From positions 4,588,001 to 4,652,000 of the forward strand of contig CM035361.1 in the NCBI GenBank assembly GCA_020137815.1: a DNA stretch of 64,000 nucleotides, given 5' to 3'. Each line of letters opens with the position of its first letter. Position 1 is the stretch's first letter. This DNA is from Hormiphora californensis (taxonomy: Eukaryota > Animalia > Ctenophora). This document shows positions 36,117 to 48,800 of this stretch, one piece after another. The notes under the pieces are model-generated. The model had not been told where the DNA came from, did no database searches, and was given only the letters and a program-made list of their open reading frames with translations. The position numbers and the translations under genes are program-made.

Positions 36117-39100
36117 ATGACAGACCAGAAGATGGATAAGCAGCTGACGGTTGAGGCAGCAATAGATTTGGTTTCAGGACCTGGATTATCAATTAAACAC
36201 ATCTTATTGTGGACAGCTCTCATGTCCTTTCTGGCAGTGAGTAATTTACATATTGATTAATTAACACATTGATTAATTAACATATTGATTAACATATTGA
36301 TAAATTAACTAATTTAATGAAAATGTGCCATCTGAATTCAGCTTTCAGAAAAGCTCCGTTCTCCTAAGGGTTTCCAGACCACAGTCAGACCTATCAGTCA
36401 GAACTATCTGCCATTTAATTATACGTTTTAACATTTTCCATCTAATCAATTTATTTTCAGTCGGCCTCCTTCGGGTCCTATTTTCCTACCTTCGGAGGCT
36501 ATATCCCCTATGATTCCTTCACCTGTATCAGCCCCAACTGTACCTTACGAATGGAGAAACTGGAAAACAAGAATGATTATAAAGGTCTAGGTAAGAGTGA
36601 TCAGCCGATCAGCGCTGCACTGCTATAGTTGTGTCATCAAGCAAGCCATGTAACAGTCTAGTATATAGGGTAGCGACTGGCTATTTGAAATGGCGGCTAA
36701 TTTGAAACACCCTCTCTACAGGCCAGCAGGTGCACCGCCATATTTGGATTTTTAGACATCAGTGGGCTCATGCCAAGCACACTGATGTCTAAAAATCCAA
36801 ATATGGTGCACTTGCTGGCCTGTAGAAGGGGTGTTTCAAATTAGCCGCCATTTCAAATAGCCAGTCGCTACCCTACATATTGATGGACGAAGGGCAGAAA
36901 GGAAAACCATCCCCTTAAAAAAATGCAACTCCCAATTTAGGCCATGAGCCATCCCTCTTCCCTGCTGTTTGTGCAGATCAGTACATATTTCCCCAGATCT
37001 GTCCAATGGAAAGCTGCTCCTTTGTGGACTTGGAGAGGACTACTTCGAAGGGGAGGCAGAGCTGGTCGAGGGGACAGATTTCTCCTGGACGACCGACAGG
37101 GACACTTTTGGGGTTTCCTGGGGTCTGTTTTGTAGTAGGGCTGATCTTACGACCCTCAGTAGTTCTTTGGGTTATGTGGGACATCTTATTGGATCATTTT
37201 CTGGGTAAGATATAGTGATAGATCCCAATATTACATGTAATTATAATACTACAATATATATGGTAAATTAGTGACATCACATGCCCATATATGGGTGTGC
37301 AGCTATTATTATACTCCCCCACAGGAATCTATTTGACGTCTTTGGTAGGAAGAAAGGAGCCTTATTTGGAATTGCTGCAGTACTTGTTGTCAACTGTATT
37401 ACCATTGTGTCTGTGTCAATCTACATGTACATGGTCATGAGGTGAGAAAGGGGGGCTGCAGTACTCAACAAGATAAAGGGTCGGGGGTGCAGTGGGGGTA
37501 TAATGCTAAATTATAGAAAATTATGGATTGTGGGTGCAGGTAAGGGGAGTTAATGAAAAGGAGAAAGATGAATCTGGATCCACTTAGGAAGAAATTCCAC
37601 TGATTCAAGATCTCCAAAAAGGACCCTATTTGTGCCCTAATTGTAGCCTAACTGTACCCTAATTGTGCCCTAATTTCACCCTAATTGCACTGCACCCTAA
37701 TTGTACCCTACAATTGTGCCCTAATTGTACCCTACAATTGTGCCCTAATTGTGCCCTAATTGTACCCTAATTTTACCCTAATTGTGCCCTAATTGTGCCC
37801 TAATTGTACCCTAATTGTACCCTAATTGTACCCTAATTGTGCCCTAATTGTGCCCTAATTGTGCCCTAATTGTACCCTAATTGTTTCAGGGTACTTTGGG
37901 GTATTGCGCTTATGGCTGCAATGGATGGAATATTTGTTTTTATGATGGAGCACACTGCTAGCAATCACAGGTATTACCACATGGTGTGTTTATATATAAT
38001 TTGATTGTTATCAGTATAATTTTAAACCTCTTTTCCAAAAAAAAATCACAGGTATATAATTGTTCTCCCAATTATTTGGACCACTCTGAACTCTTTTTGT
38101 CCAAACAAAGTTTTAGATGTCCGGTACCCGCTTCATCCTATTCTTTTCCGTCCACTTCAATTCAAAGCTAGGCATATCTATTAAACCACTCCATTCAAAT
38201 TCTCGAAGATATACACATTTGAAACGGGGGGGGGGGGGGGGGGGGTAAACACACCGCGTCACACCGCTCAGCATGGTAGAACGTTTGCTAATACAGTCGG
38301 ACCCCGATTTAGTGGCCCCCGATTTAGTGGCACCCCGATTTAGTGGCAGGATTTTTTCCCCCCGAGGGTGCCACTAAATCGGGGTCCAACTGTAGTATCA
38401 CCAACCAACCGACCACTCCACCTTCAGAACGATAACTAATGGTGGTTACCAGTTATTCTGGGCACTGGGTTACATCCTCGTCACTGCGTGTGCATACCTT
38501 ATCAAAAAGTGAGTTTGTTATCTTATTAGATTGTAGAGAAGTTTGATAACAATTCAATTAATCAGTAGACTTAAATAATTGATGCTTACTAGACATAAAT
38601 TCTAAGTGTAATTATTTAAAACTCAATTATTACCACTAATTAATTCACTCAGTTGGCGGTGGCTCCAAGCAGTTAACTGTATTACTCTGGTAGTGCCTGT
38701 TGTTGCTATAATTCTCCTTCCCGAGTCACCTTACTACGCATTTATCAACAGTAAGTGGTGAAGTTAAGCAGGAACCAAACGAAACAAGAAAACAGCCAAT
38801 CAGAACTCGTTATTTAGGTCACGTGACTGGTTATCAGCCAATCAGGGACCAGTATTTCCTGATTCGGTCGGTTCCTGCATCGTACTAAGTTACTGGGTAG
38901 TCCAGTTAATGACTAAGTTACCAGGCGTACTAATCCTTGCATAATTTCATCACTACTTTAGCTATTACTGGCCTTACATTCCGCCCATACTTCTCTACCC
39001 CCGGCCCCCCTTACCTTGCTCGACCATGTTTCACTGCGCCCCTCTTCACCTCACCCCTATAGATAAAGAAAAGGTGGCTAAGGAGAGTTTAAGATGGCTG

Positions 39101-41590
39101 GCGCGGCTCCACAACAAGCCAGATACCGTGTTTGACAATGTAACCCTGGTCGCGGAGGAGGCTGAGGGGGGAGGGAAGGTGGAGGAAGTATCGTTCCTGG
39201 AGAGTATGAAGGATTTCCTTGTTTACAGGTTTGTACTAAATATGTATCATATGTGTTTAGGTCAGGAACCGACAACCAATCAGAACTCGTTATTTAGATC
39301 ACGTGACTGGTTATCAGCCAATCAGGGACCAGTATTTTCTGATTTGATCGGTTCCTGCACATTATTTGTGTTTAGGTTTCTGGTTGGAGTAGAGAATTTG
39401 TTTATGCAACCAATTTTGAAAAATTATTACTAAACATTATTAAACAGATTAAACTGATTATGTAAGTAGATCTATAATTAACTATTTATACAATTCTCCT
39501 ACAGTTCTGCAAATATTTCAGGGAGTTGTTGGTTCAAACGTTGATACAGCTGTACATGTGGTTCGTAGTTGGCATTAGTTACTACGGTTTTGCCTTTGTC
39601 TGGGGTCAAATCGGATCCAACTTCTATATTAGCTACCTACTACCTGGAATAGCGGAGGTAGGTCTGGCGTTTTACTAATGTTACACTAACATTACGAAGT
39701 CACCCCTGTTATTATATTGGATAAGCTATATTAACGGAGAGGTAATTTCATTACCAAAACATTCACTACATACGTGTGTAAACACTTAATGAAACATGTG
39801 TTTTCCCGGCCGGTTGCTCCCCACTTTCGCAAAACTGAAATTGTTCATATAACATTGCAATTGATGACAATTTTTAGCCCTAATATAAACCAATCCATAC
39901 AGGCGTGTACGTATATCCTAATGATGATACCCCTAACGTACATAGGAAGGAGATCTACTATTGCTGCTTTCTTTCTTGTAGGTTAGTATTGGTTAGTATT
40001 GGTTAGTATCTTGGGGTTAGTATTGGTGTCTTTCAGTTCGACCCTCGCTGACCTAAGGCAGCGGATTACGGGGGCCCGAATACTCTGAGTAAGTCACTCA
40101 TACTGATCTGTTGGTGACATAGACACCTGGCGCGACCGAGATTGAGCTCACGAGCGGGGGTCGCTCGTGATGATAACCCGCAATCATTTCTCAATTTATT
40201 CTGATTCTCTGCAGCATGAGCAGCACGTGTTAATATCCAATGACAGCGCAGCTTCTTTCAGCCGGTATAGCGTTCCTGATATCCCTAATCCGGGTTGAAA
40301 TCCCGGGGTTCCTGTCTGTTGAGTACCTGGCATGTCTAATTGGGGCCATGGGCGTGTCAGGAGGGTTCGGGTCGGTCTACATGTACAGTGTTGAGCTAGC
40401 ACCTACCGCACACAGGTATAAATTTTAATCGACCTTCTATTTTATTTTTTATTCTGTACCTAGTCACATCATTTATCATTCATTACAATAATCAATTTAA
40501 TTCTAAGACTTACAGAATATAACTAACTGATCCTCTGTTCTTCTGATTCTCATGACATATTGTATAATACAATACATTACAATACAATTGTATTCCTGCA
40601 GGGGTAAAGTGATGGGATATTGTCACTTTGGGAGCCAGATCGGGGCTATTCTGGGGCCAATTGCTACAACCATTGTAGCAGATGCGTGGAGCAGGTACAT
40701 AGTTATTAATTAATGATTATTAACTTGTTAATTATTAATTAGTTTTCTAAACTTGTTAAATGTTATATTTATAACCATTCAATCTTAAGATATTCGCTTG
40801 GTGCGATTGTCATCTGTTCACTTCACATATGTATATGAGCTCACATAGGTGTCAATGTCTTGTCACCATTGGTGGTACCCAATAAAATATCCACCTAATT
40901 GACCCTAATTAACCCTAATTAGCCCTAATTAACCTCTGCAGTGAGGGAGTCATGACTGTATTCTCGGTGCTGTGTCTGATAGCTGGTTTCCTAATTCTCC
41001 GGCTCCCGGAAACTAAAGATCGGCCCGTTCCAAACACTGCCGCTGAGGTAAATTGAGTGTGTGACTGTGTGTGACTGTGTGTGTGACTGTGTGTGTGACT
41101 TTGTGTGACTGTGTGTGACTGTGTGTGACTGTGTGACTGTGTGTGACTGTGTGTGACTGTGTGTGACCGTGTGTGACTAGGTGTGTGACTGTGTGACTGT
41201 GTGTGTGACTGTGTGTGTGACTGTGTGTGACTGTGTGTGACTGTGTGTGTGACTGTGTGTGACTGTGCTCAGTGCTGTCAGGACATTGGCGGAGCGTGCG
41301 AAAACCGCGGTCAGAGCATTGACCTGACAGTGACTGTCATGTGGTAGACACTGTCTGGCGGCAGCTTTTACAGTGCGCTCAGATGGGGTCGGTGCCGCGA
41401 GACCCAAGGTAGACACAAGCCGGGTAAATTGGCCTTTTTGAACTGATATTCTCTTCTCTCGTTTAATTCACTCAGTAATTGTGTAAAGTAAGTGACAACC
41501 AATGATCTCTATTAGGTGAAACGAGTGAGGAAGGTCAAGGAACCTGACCCAGCGCCTGCCGAACCCAATGCTTACAGAGTTGGAGTTTGA
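36117..41590 (+). CDS. SLC22-like organic cation/anion transporter (MFS), 14 coding exons
   Basis: Exons 36117-36236, 36461-36590, 36997-37204, 37325-37441, 37890-37970, 38428-38508, 38653-38750, 39063-39228, 39522-39657, 39903-39981, 40262-40415, 40602-40694, 40942-41047, 41516-41590, all phase-compatible. Motifs WGLFC, GNLFDVFGRKK, NWRWLQ, LPESP, YYG, IGRR, ELAPTAHRG and LPETK. Confidence 0.9.
36666..36875. mobile_element. Palindromic MITE in an SLC22 intron
   Basis: ~100-bp arms, tagggtagcgactggctatttgaaatgg / ccatttcaaatagccagtcgctacccta. Confidence 0.8.
37630..37884. repeat. 11-bp minisatellite (ccctaattgtr) abutting a splice acceptor
   Basis: Tandem copies ending at tttcag (37889). 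Confidence 0.85.
41057..41267. repeat. (GT)n-GACT compound microsatellite
   Basis: Read directly. Confidence 0.85.
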
Positions 41591-41904
41591 CAGGAACCGA
41601 CCGAATCAGGAAATACTGGCCCCTGATTGGCTGATAACCAGTCACGTGACCTAAATAACGATTTCTGATTGGTTGTTCACTTGTATATCGGTCGGTCCCT
41701 GGAGTTTGATAGACTTTGTTTTGTTCAAACCCCTTTTATTTTATTTTATTTTATAAGTAGTGTCGAACAAGGCAAGATATAATAGACTATCAATAAAAAA
41801 ACGAACATATGTGTCACATATGTGGTCTGAAACCCTCTAGGAGCACGGAGCTTTTCTGAATCACCTTTTCGAGACGAATCCAACGCAACCGGAATTAGCC
41901 CCCT

Positions 41905-42001
41905 CATTTTTAGTCATTTTTCGGTGCGCGAGCCAATCAGAGGCCTTTATTTCGAAATCTAACCTCTGATTGGCTCGCGCACCGAAAAATGACCAAAAAT
42001 G
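41905..42001. repeat. Hairpin with CCAAT-containing arms
   Basis: tcatttttcggtgcgcgagccaatcagagg / cctctgattggctcgcgcaccgaaaaatga. Confidence 0.7.
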
Positions 42002-42877
42002 AAGGTGCTCAAGCCCAAACTTCCCAATAGAGCATTCTGATATATTACCGGGATGCTCGGGGAAAGAGTTTTTCTCGATAAATCGGGGTTGAGTGTTGAC
42101 CCGGGTTAACGGGTTTTGGTAAATCTGGGTCAGAGCTGACAGACGAGGAACATGTCAATGAAATTGAATACTAATAGAACGAGAACCACGAGAAACAAAA
42201 TAAAGCGGCGATCGCGAAATATCGTGTGTGTCTAGTAGAATTCTGTATGGTACTTTATTTTTAACACTTTTAAAGGAATTTATCTGATTTTAGATTTTTT
42301 AATAAATATGCAATGCATGTTACATGATGCACAAGAAGCAATCCTAGCGCACACGCGATATTTCTCAAAAAGCGTTGCAAATGGGTGCCGCGCATTAAAC
42401 ACTATGCGCGCTCTAAGAATCAGAATTGAAATTTTATAATATAAAAAATAAAACTTTTTAAAAATCAAAATTTTTGATCCTTGAAACTTTCGCAAATGGG
42501 ACATGGGACGGGAATCAAGACGCTCGGAAATGAGGGTCCCTAATAAAGCTGTTACTTGCCACTGTAGTCTTACTGAGCCCCGAGTTACTGAGCCCCGTGT
42601 GGTGCGTGTACCAAAAACCGCGTGGAGGGGCGTTGGGCGAGACCACCGGCCCAACTTGGGTGGTCTCGGCCCTCTGCGGACGGGGCTAGGTGCCCCGGTT
42701 AGGGGAAGTGGAGATGAAACTGTCGGGGGTTCCCAACTTTCCAGCGCTGCTAAAACTCGAGGTTCACACGGCCGGGTTTCTTGGCGTGATAGTGTCTTGA
42801 AACCGCCTGTGTGCCGCAGTATATAGTTTCATGAAGATTCAAAGATATTAAATAAAAACCGGATATTCATGTTCTAG

Positions 42878-45800
42878 ATGTTTAGACCCGCTGCTCGGTT
42901 GCTCGGGTCATGTACCCGGCAGATCAGCACCAAAGTTACCAGGACATCAGAACGGGCTGACCATCCAGGTGAGTTAGACAATGTGTGCAGATATATAGGA
43001 TATTAGTGTTTCTACTAGCAGACCCCAGTTTGTGTTTGTAGAGATCTCGAGTCTATACTACTTCCGAGTGTACTCAGACTGCAGCATGCTGGTAATATAT
43101 TGTCACGTCACCCCACTCACCCCATACAGATTTGCTAACAACCATCCCTAACCATCATCCCTAACCATCATCCCTAACAACCATCCCTAACCATCCCTAA
43201 CAACCATCCCTAACCATCACCCCTAACCATCATCCTTAACAACCATCCCTAACCATCATCCCTAACCATCATCCCTAACAACCATCCCTAACAACCATCC
43301 CTAACAACCATCCCTAACAACCATCCCTAACAACCATCCCTAACAACCATCCCTAACAACCATCCCTAACAACCATCCCTAACAACCATCCCTAACAACC
43401 ATCCCTAACAACCATCCCTAACAACCATCCCTAACAACCATCCCTAACAACCATCCCTAACAACCATCCCTAACAACCATCCCTAACAACCATCCCTAAC
43501 AACCATCCCTAACAACCATCCCTAACAACCATCCCTAACCATCATCCCTAACAACCATCCCTAACAACCATCCCTAACAACCATCCCTAACAACCATCCC
43601 TAACCATCATCCCTAACAACCATCCCTAACAACCATCCCTAACAACCATCCCTAACCATCATCCCTAACCATCCCTAATTTCAGGTTCCAGTACCGTATT
43701 CACTGATGATCTTGTGTTTATAAACCCCAGAGAGGAGCTGCCCGTACCTACTTACAGAGTGACGGATCGATCTGGAAATGTCAAGGGAAAAGCTAAGGTA
43801 GGTTTATACAATTACCACGTGTTCATTTTGTAGCGTATAACCCCTAAAAGCTCACGGACGACTCAGCGATCCAAACCAAACCAAACCGAACAACCCCTAA
43901 AAAGCGTTGGAGAGTGCTGATTCGGGTACTACTGCTATGTGCGATAAGAGATTGTACTGTCATATAACCCAAGATTCTGTTTTTCAAGAATTGTTTTTCA
44001 CCAACCAGTATATACAAAGAGAATCACGAGTTTTGAGTTTTGAAGAAAGGCTACTAAATTTCAAATCAAACATCACTTGTGCACGCATAAATAGGGCTGT
44101 TCCTTCATAAAACACTATGTAAACACGTCACAAAGCTAGTGTATCACACACCGTGACAGAGAATCTCGTGTAGGGTTCCTTGCTTGGTCGAATAACGAAT
44201 GAATCAGGCATCACTGTAGGCTTTCCACTAATCTTCTTTTTAAGTGCTCGCAGGGGTTTTAGCAGCATTTTCCGAACTTGATCAGATTTCCTCTTCCTCT
44301 CATTTCTGTGATCACGGGGGTGGGTAGGACAGGTTTTCCCCAGGGCATCTGCTAGAGCGTACACATCACGAACCGACTGGATGAACTCCTTGTTACTCGT
44401 TGTCTTGTTGTTCACTGTGGAAAGGTCCGGCATGGAACCTCTGAGAGTCCGGACACAGGTACACACAATGGGAGTTTCAAAGGTCCGGTGGGGCATGTAG
44501 TGGATCATTACGGTGGGTTTATCAACTCCCTCCTCCCTCGGGCACAACCCGCTGGATGGTGAGGAATAGGATGGCGGGGAAGATGTATTGAAGGAGTAGG
44601 ATGGCGGGGTGTTGAAGGAGTAGGGAGTGCTCAAGGAGTTGGATGGCGGGGAAGATGTGTTGAAGGAGTAGGATGGCGGGGTGTTGAAGGAGTAGGGAGT
44701 GCTCAAGGAGTAGGATGGCGGGGAATAATAGGAAGTACTGAAGGATGGCTGTGGAAGTGGTTCGCTGTAGTAACCTCGGTGATGCCTGACGTTGTTCTTG
44801 TCATGGTGGTTGAAAGACTTGGAGGAGGCACCACCACGGGAGATCCTGTTTCTGTTGTGGTGGTTGAAGGATCGGTTGAGGTTGGCCATGTTGGATCGTT
44901 GTTGTTGATGGTTGGAGGAAATGGTTTGGATAATAAAAGTGTCAATACGGAGAGCTTATATATCGCATTACCAGACAAATTAGGGGGTGGTCGCGTGTCT
45001 GGAATACCATCACCCTGATGATGGAATGCCCCCCATAGTGGCATCTAATTGGGTGTGGTTGGCCCGCCATGGAATACACTAATCACCAGCGGTACTACGT
45101 CACGTGGTATCTAGATAATCGTACAGACCAGAGAGAGAGAGCTATGTGATCTACTAATTACAATGTCTCCCACAAGTTTTTTTTAGTTCTTGTAAAAATG
45201 TCTGGGAGCCTCAGACATTGTTATAACTAGGAGATCACGTAGCTCTATGAGACACCGGCCGAAACTAGTAAACGACTATAGTGTGATCCGATTACAACCG
45301 CGTCTGCTAGGACACTCAGACAAATCTTACTAGCAAGTACTGCACAAATAGGGCCCATTGCGTTTAAATAGGGGGTTCAGCTAGCCGACGAGTTGGGTTC
45401 TTACGCCATGATATATTGGAAATCACCTTATTTTGGTTGGCCATTTACGCGGAAGAATTAAATGTGTCGTGGCAGTTTGCGACGTCGAGTTCTCCAAGTT
45501 TTGCTTTGAACATTCAGTTTCCTCAAAGTCTTGGATCTGGTTCCTATTTCTAGTCCTAGGTGAGTAACTGTCTAACATGACAATGATTTAGCAAGATTGA
45601 GCGATGGCATGACACCTGTACAAGTAAACAACCAATCAGAACTCGTTATTTAGGTCACGTGACTGGTTATCAGCCAATCAGGGACCAGTATTTCCTGATT
45701 CGGTCGGTTCCTGGAATACACTAATCACCAGCGGTACTACGTCACGCGATATATCTAGACGACCGTACAGACCAGAGAGAGAGCTATGTGATCTACTAAT

Positions 45801-48800
45801 TACAATGTCTCCCACAAGTTTTTTAGTTCTTGTAAAAATGTCTGAGAGTCTCAGAAATTTTTATAACTAGGAGATCACGTAGCTCTATGAGACACCCCGA
45901 AACAAGTAAAGGACTATAGTGTGATCCGATTACAACCGCGTCTACTAGGAAACTCTGACAAATCTTACTAACAAGTACTGTAACTAAAATAGGGGCCGCT
46001 AATTGTCGTTTAGATAGAGACGTTTCAGCTAGCCATTTGTCCAGCCGGAAGGAGAAAACAAAACTTGTTCACTGTAAATCTATTGTGAGAGTGAGATGCA
46101 CCCGGGTTAACAAATTTTTGATAAAATTTTGGGGGATTAAATTGTTCGTGTCAGTTTGTCAGTTTCACTCTCAATTTCCTTCCAACATCTTCAATTTTCC
46201 TCAAAGTTATATTATTCCCCTGCAGCTACCAGATATACCTGACGACAAGCTAGTGGAGATGTACAGAAAGATGGCCCTGCTCAGCAAGATGGATAAGATA
46301 TTGTTACAGTCACAACGACAGGGCCGTATCTCCTTTTATATGACGTGTAGTGGTGAAGAGGCTGCAGTAGTAGGTAGGTGAAATTGGGGAACCTATAGGT
46401 TATTTAGAAGGCTGCAGTTGTAGGTAGGTGAAATTGGGGAACCTATAGGTTGTTTAGGAGGCTGCAGTTGTAGGTAGGTGAAATTGGGGAACCTATAGGT
46501 TGTTTAGGAGGCTGCAGTAGTAGGTAGGTGAAATTGGGGAACCTATAGGTTGTTTAGGAGGCTGCAGTTGTAGATAGGTGAAATTGGGGAACCTATAGGT
46601 TGTTTAGGAGGCTGCAGTTGTAGATAGGTGAAATTGGGGAACCTATAGGTTGTTTAGGAGGCTGCAGTTGTAGGTAGGTGAAATTGGGGAACCTATAGGT
46701 TGTTTAGGAGGCTGCAGTTGTAGGTAGGTGAAATTGGGGAACCTATAGGTTGTTTAGGAGGCTGCAGTTGTAGGTAGGTGAAATTGGGGAACCTATAGGT
46801 TGTTTAGGAGGCTGCAGTTGTAGGTAGGTGAAATTGGGGAACCTATAGGTTGTTTAGGAGGCTGCAGTTGTAGGTATGTGAAATTGGGGAACCTATAGGT
46901 TGTTTAGGAGGCTGCAGTTGTAGGTAGGTGAAATTGGGGAACCCATAGGTTGTTTAGGAGGCTGCAGTTGTAGGTAGGTGAAATTGGGGGACCTAGGTTC
47001 ATTAGAAAAGGGATTTAGGAACACTTGAAGGGATACATTATTCAATAAATTGTTCAAGTCTGAAAATAAAAAACTAATTTCCTAACTTCCACACATTCCC
47101 ATTTTATCAGAAACATTCCCTCTTTTTTTAATAACTTGCTAGTTCAGCTCTCTCTCTTTGTTATATTATTTGTTAGTCCCTCTGTTATAGTATCAGGTAG
47201 TGCATCATTCCCTCATCACCAGGAACCGACCGGAGCAGGAAATACTGGTCCCTGATTGGCTGATAACCATTCATGTGACCTAAATAACGAGTTTTGATTG
47301 GTTACCCCTTTGTTTTGATCAGGTAGTGCAGCGGCGCTAGAGATGGTCGACACGGTATTCACTCAGTATAGAGAAGTTGGTGTCTATCTGTGGAGAGGAT
47401 TCACACTGGACAACGTTATGAACCAGTGCTTTGCTACACACAAGGTATGTGACTAGGGGGAGGGAGGGGTGGGCATGGCTAGGAGGGGGAAAGAGTGGTT
47501 TGCCGGAGGAGAGAGGGGGGTGGGGTGGTGGGGTGGTGGACGTGTGGGTGTCTATCTGTGGAGAGGATTCACACTGGACAACGTTATGAACCAGTGCTTT
47601 GCTACACACAAGGTATGTGACTAGGGGGAGGGAGGGGTGGGCATGGCTAGGAGGGGGAAAGAGTGGTTTGCCGGAGGAGAGAGGGGGGGTGGGGTGGTGG
47701 GGTGGTGGACGTGTGGGTGTCTATCTGTGGAGAGGGTTCACACTGGACAACGTTATGAACCAGTGCTTTGCTACACACAAGGTATGTGACTAGGGGGAGG
47801 GAGGGGTGGGTATGGCTAGGAGGGGGAAAGAGTGGTTTGCCGGAGGAGAGAGGGGTGGGGGTGGTGGGGGTGGTGGACGTGTGGGTGTCTATCTGTGGAG
47901 AGGATTCACACTGGACAACGTTATGAACCAGTGCTTTGCTACACACAAGGTATGTGACTAGGGGGAGGGAGTGGTGGGCATGGCTAGGAGGGGGAAAGAG
48001 TGGTTTGCCGGAGGAGAGAGGGGGGTGGGGGTGGTGAGATGGTGGACGTGTGGGTGTCTATCTGTGGAGAGGATTTACCCTGGACAACGTTATGAACCAG
48101 TGCTTTGCTACACACAAGGTATGTGACTAGGGGGGAGGGAGGGGTGGGCATGGCTAGGAGGGGGAAAGAGTGGTTTGCCGGAGGAGAGAGGGGGGTGGGG
48201 GTGGTGGGGTGGTGGACGTGTGGGTGTCTATCTGTGGAGAGGGTTCACACTGGACAACGTTATGAACCAGTGCTTTGCTACACACAAGGTATGTGACTAG
48301 GGGGGGGGGGGGGGCAATGGGTATGGCTAGGAGGGGGAAAGAGTGGTTTGCCGGAGGAGAGAGAGGGGTGGGGGTGGTGGGTTGGTGGACGTGTGGGTGT
48401 CTATCTGTGGAGAGGATTTACCCTGGACAACGTTATGAACCAGTGCTTTGCTACACACAAGGTATGTGACTAGGGGGAGGGAGGGGTGGGCATGGCTAGG
48501 AGGGGGAAAGAGTGGTTTGCCGGAGGAGAGAGGGGTGGGGGTGGTGGGATGGTGGACACGGTTTTGACACGGTTTTGACACGGTTTGTAAATAGTTCTAC
48601 TCATGTTCCCATGAGTGTAAGAACTGGAAGATGCTCCCCAAGAGTAACTAAGATGTCACTCTCGGGCAACACCTTCCTGCTCGTGTAAATTATAATAATG
48701 AATTAAAATATTAACGAACACACAAGTAGATGCCGGGATTAATCCTAGAAATTACCAGGTGGTCACTTAATAAATCGAAAATCCTAACTATTAGTGGGGC

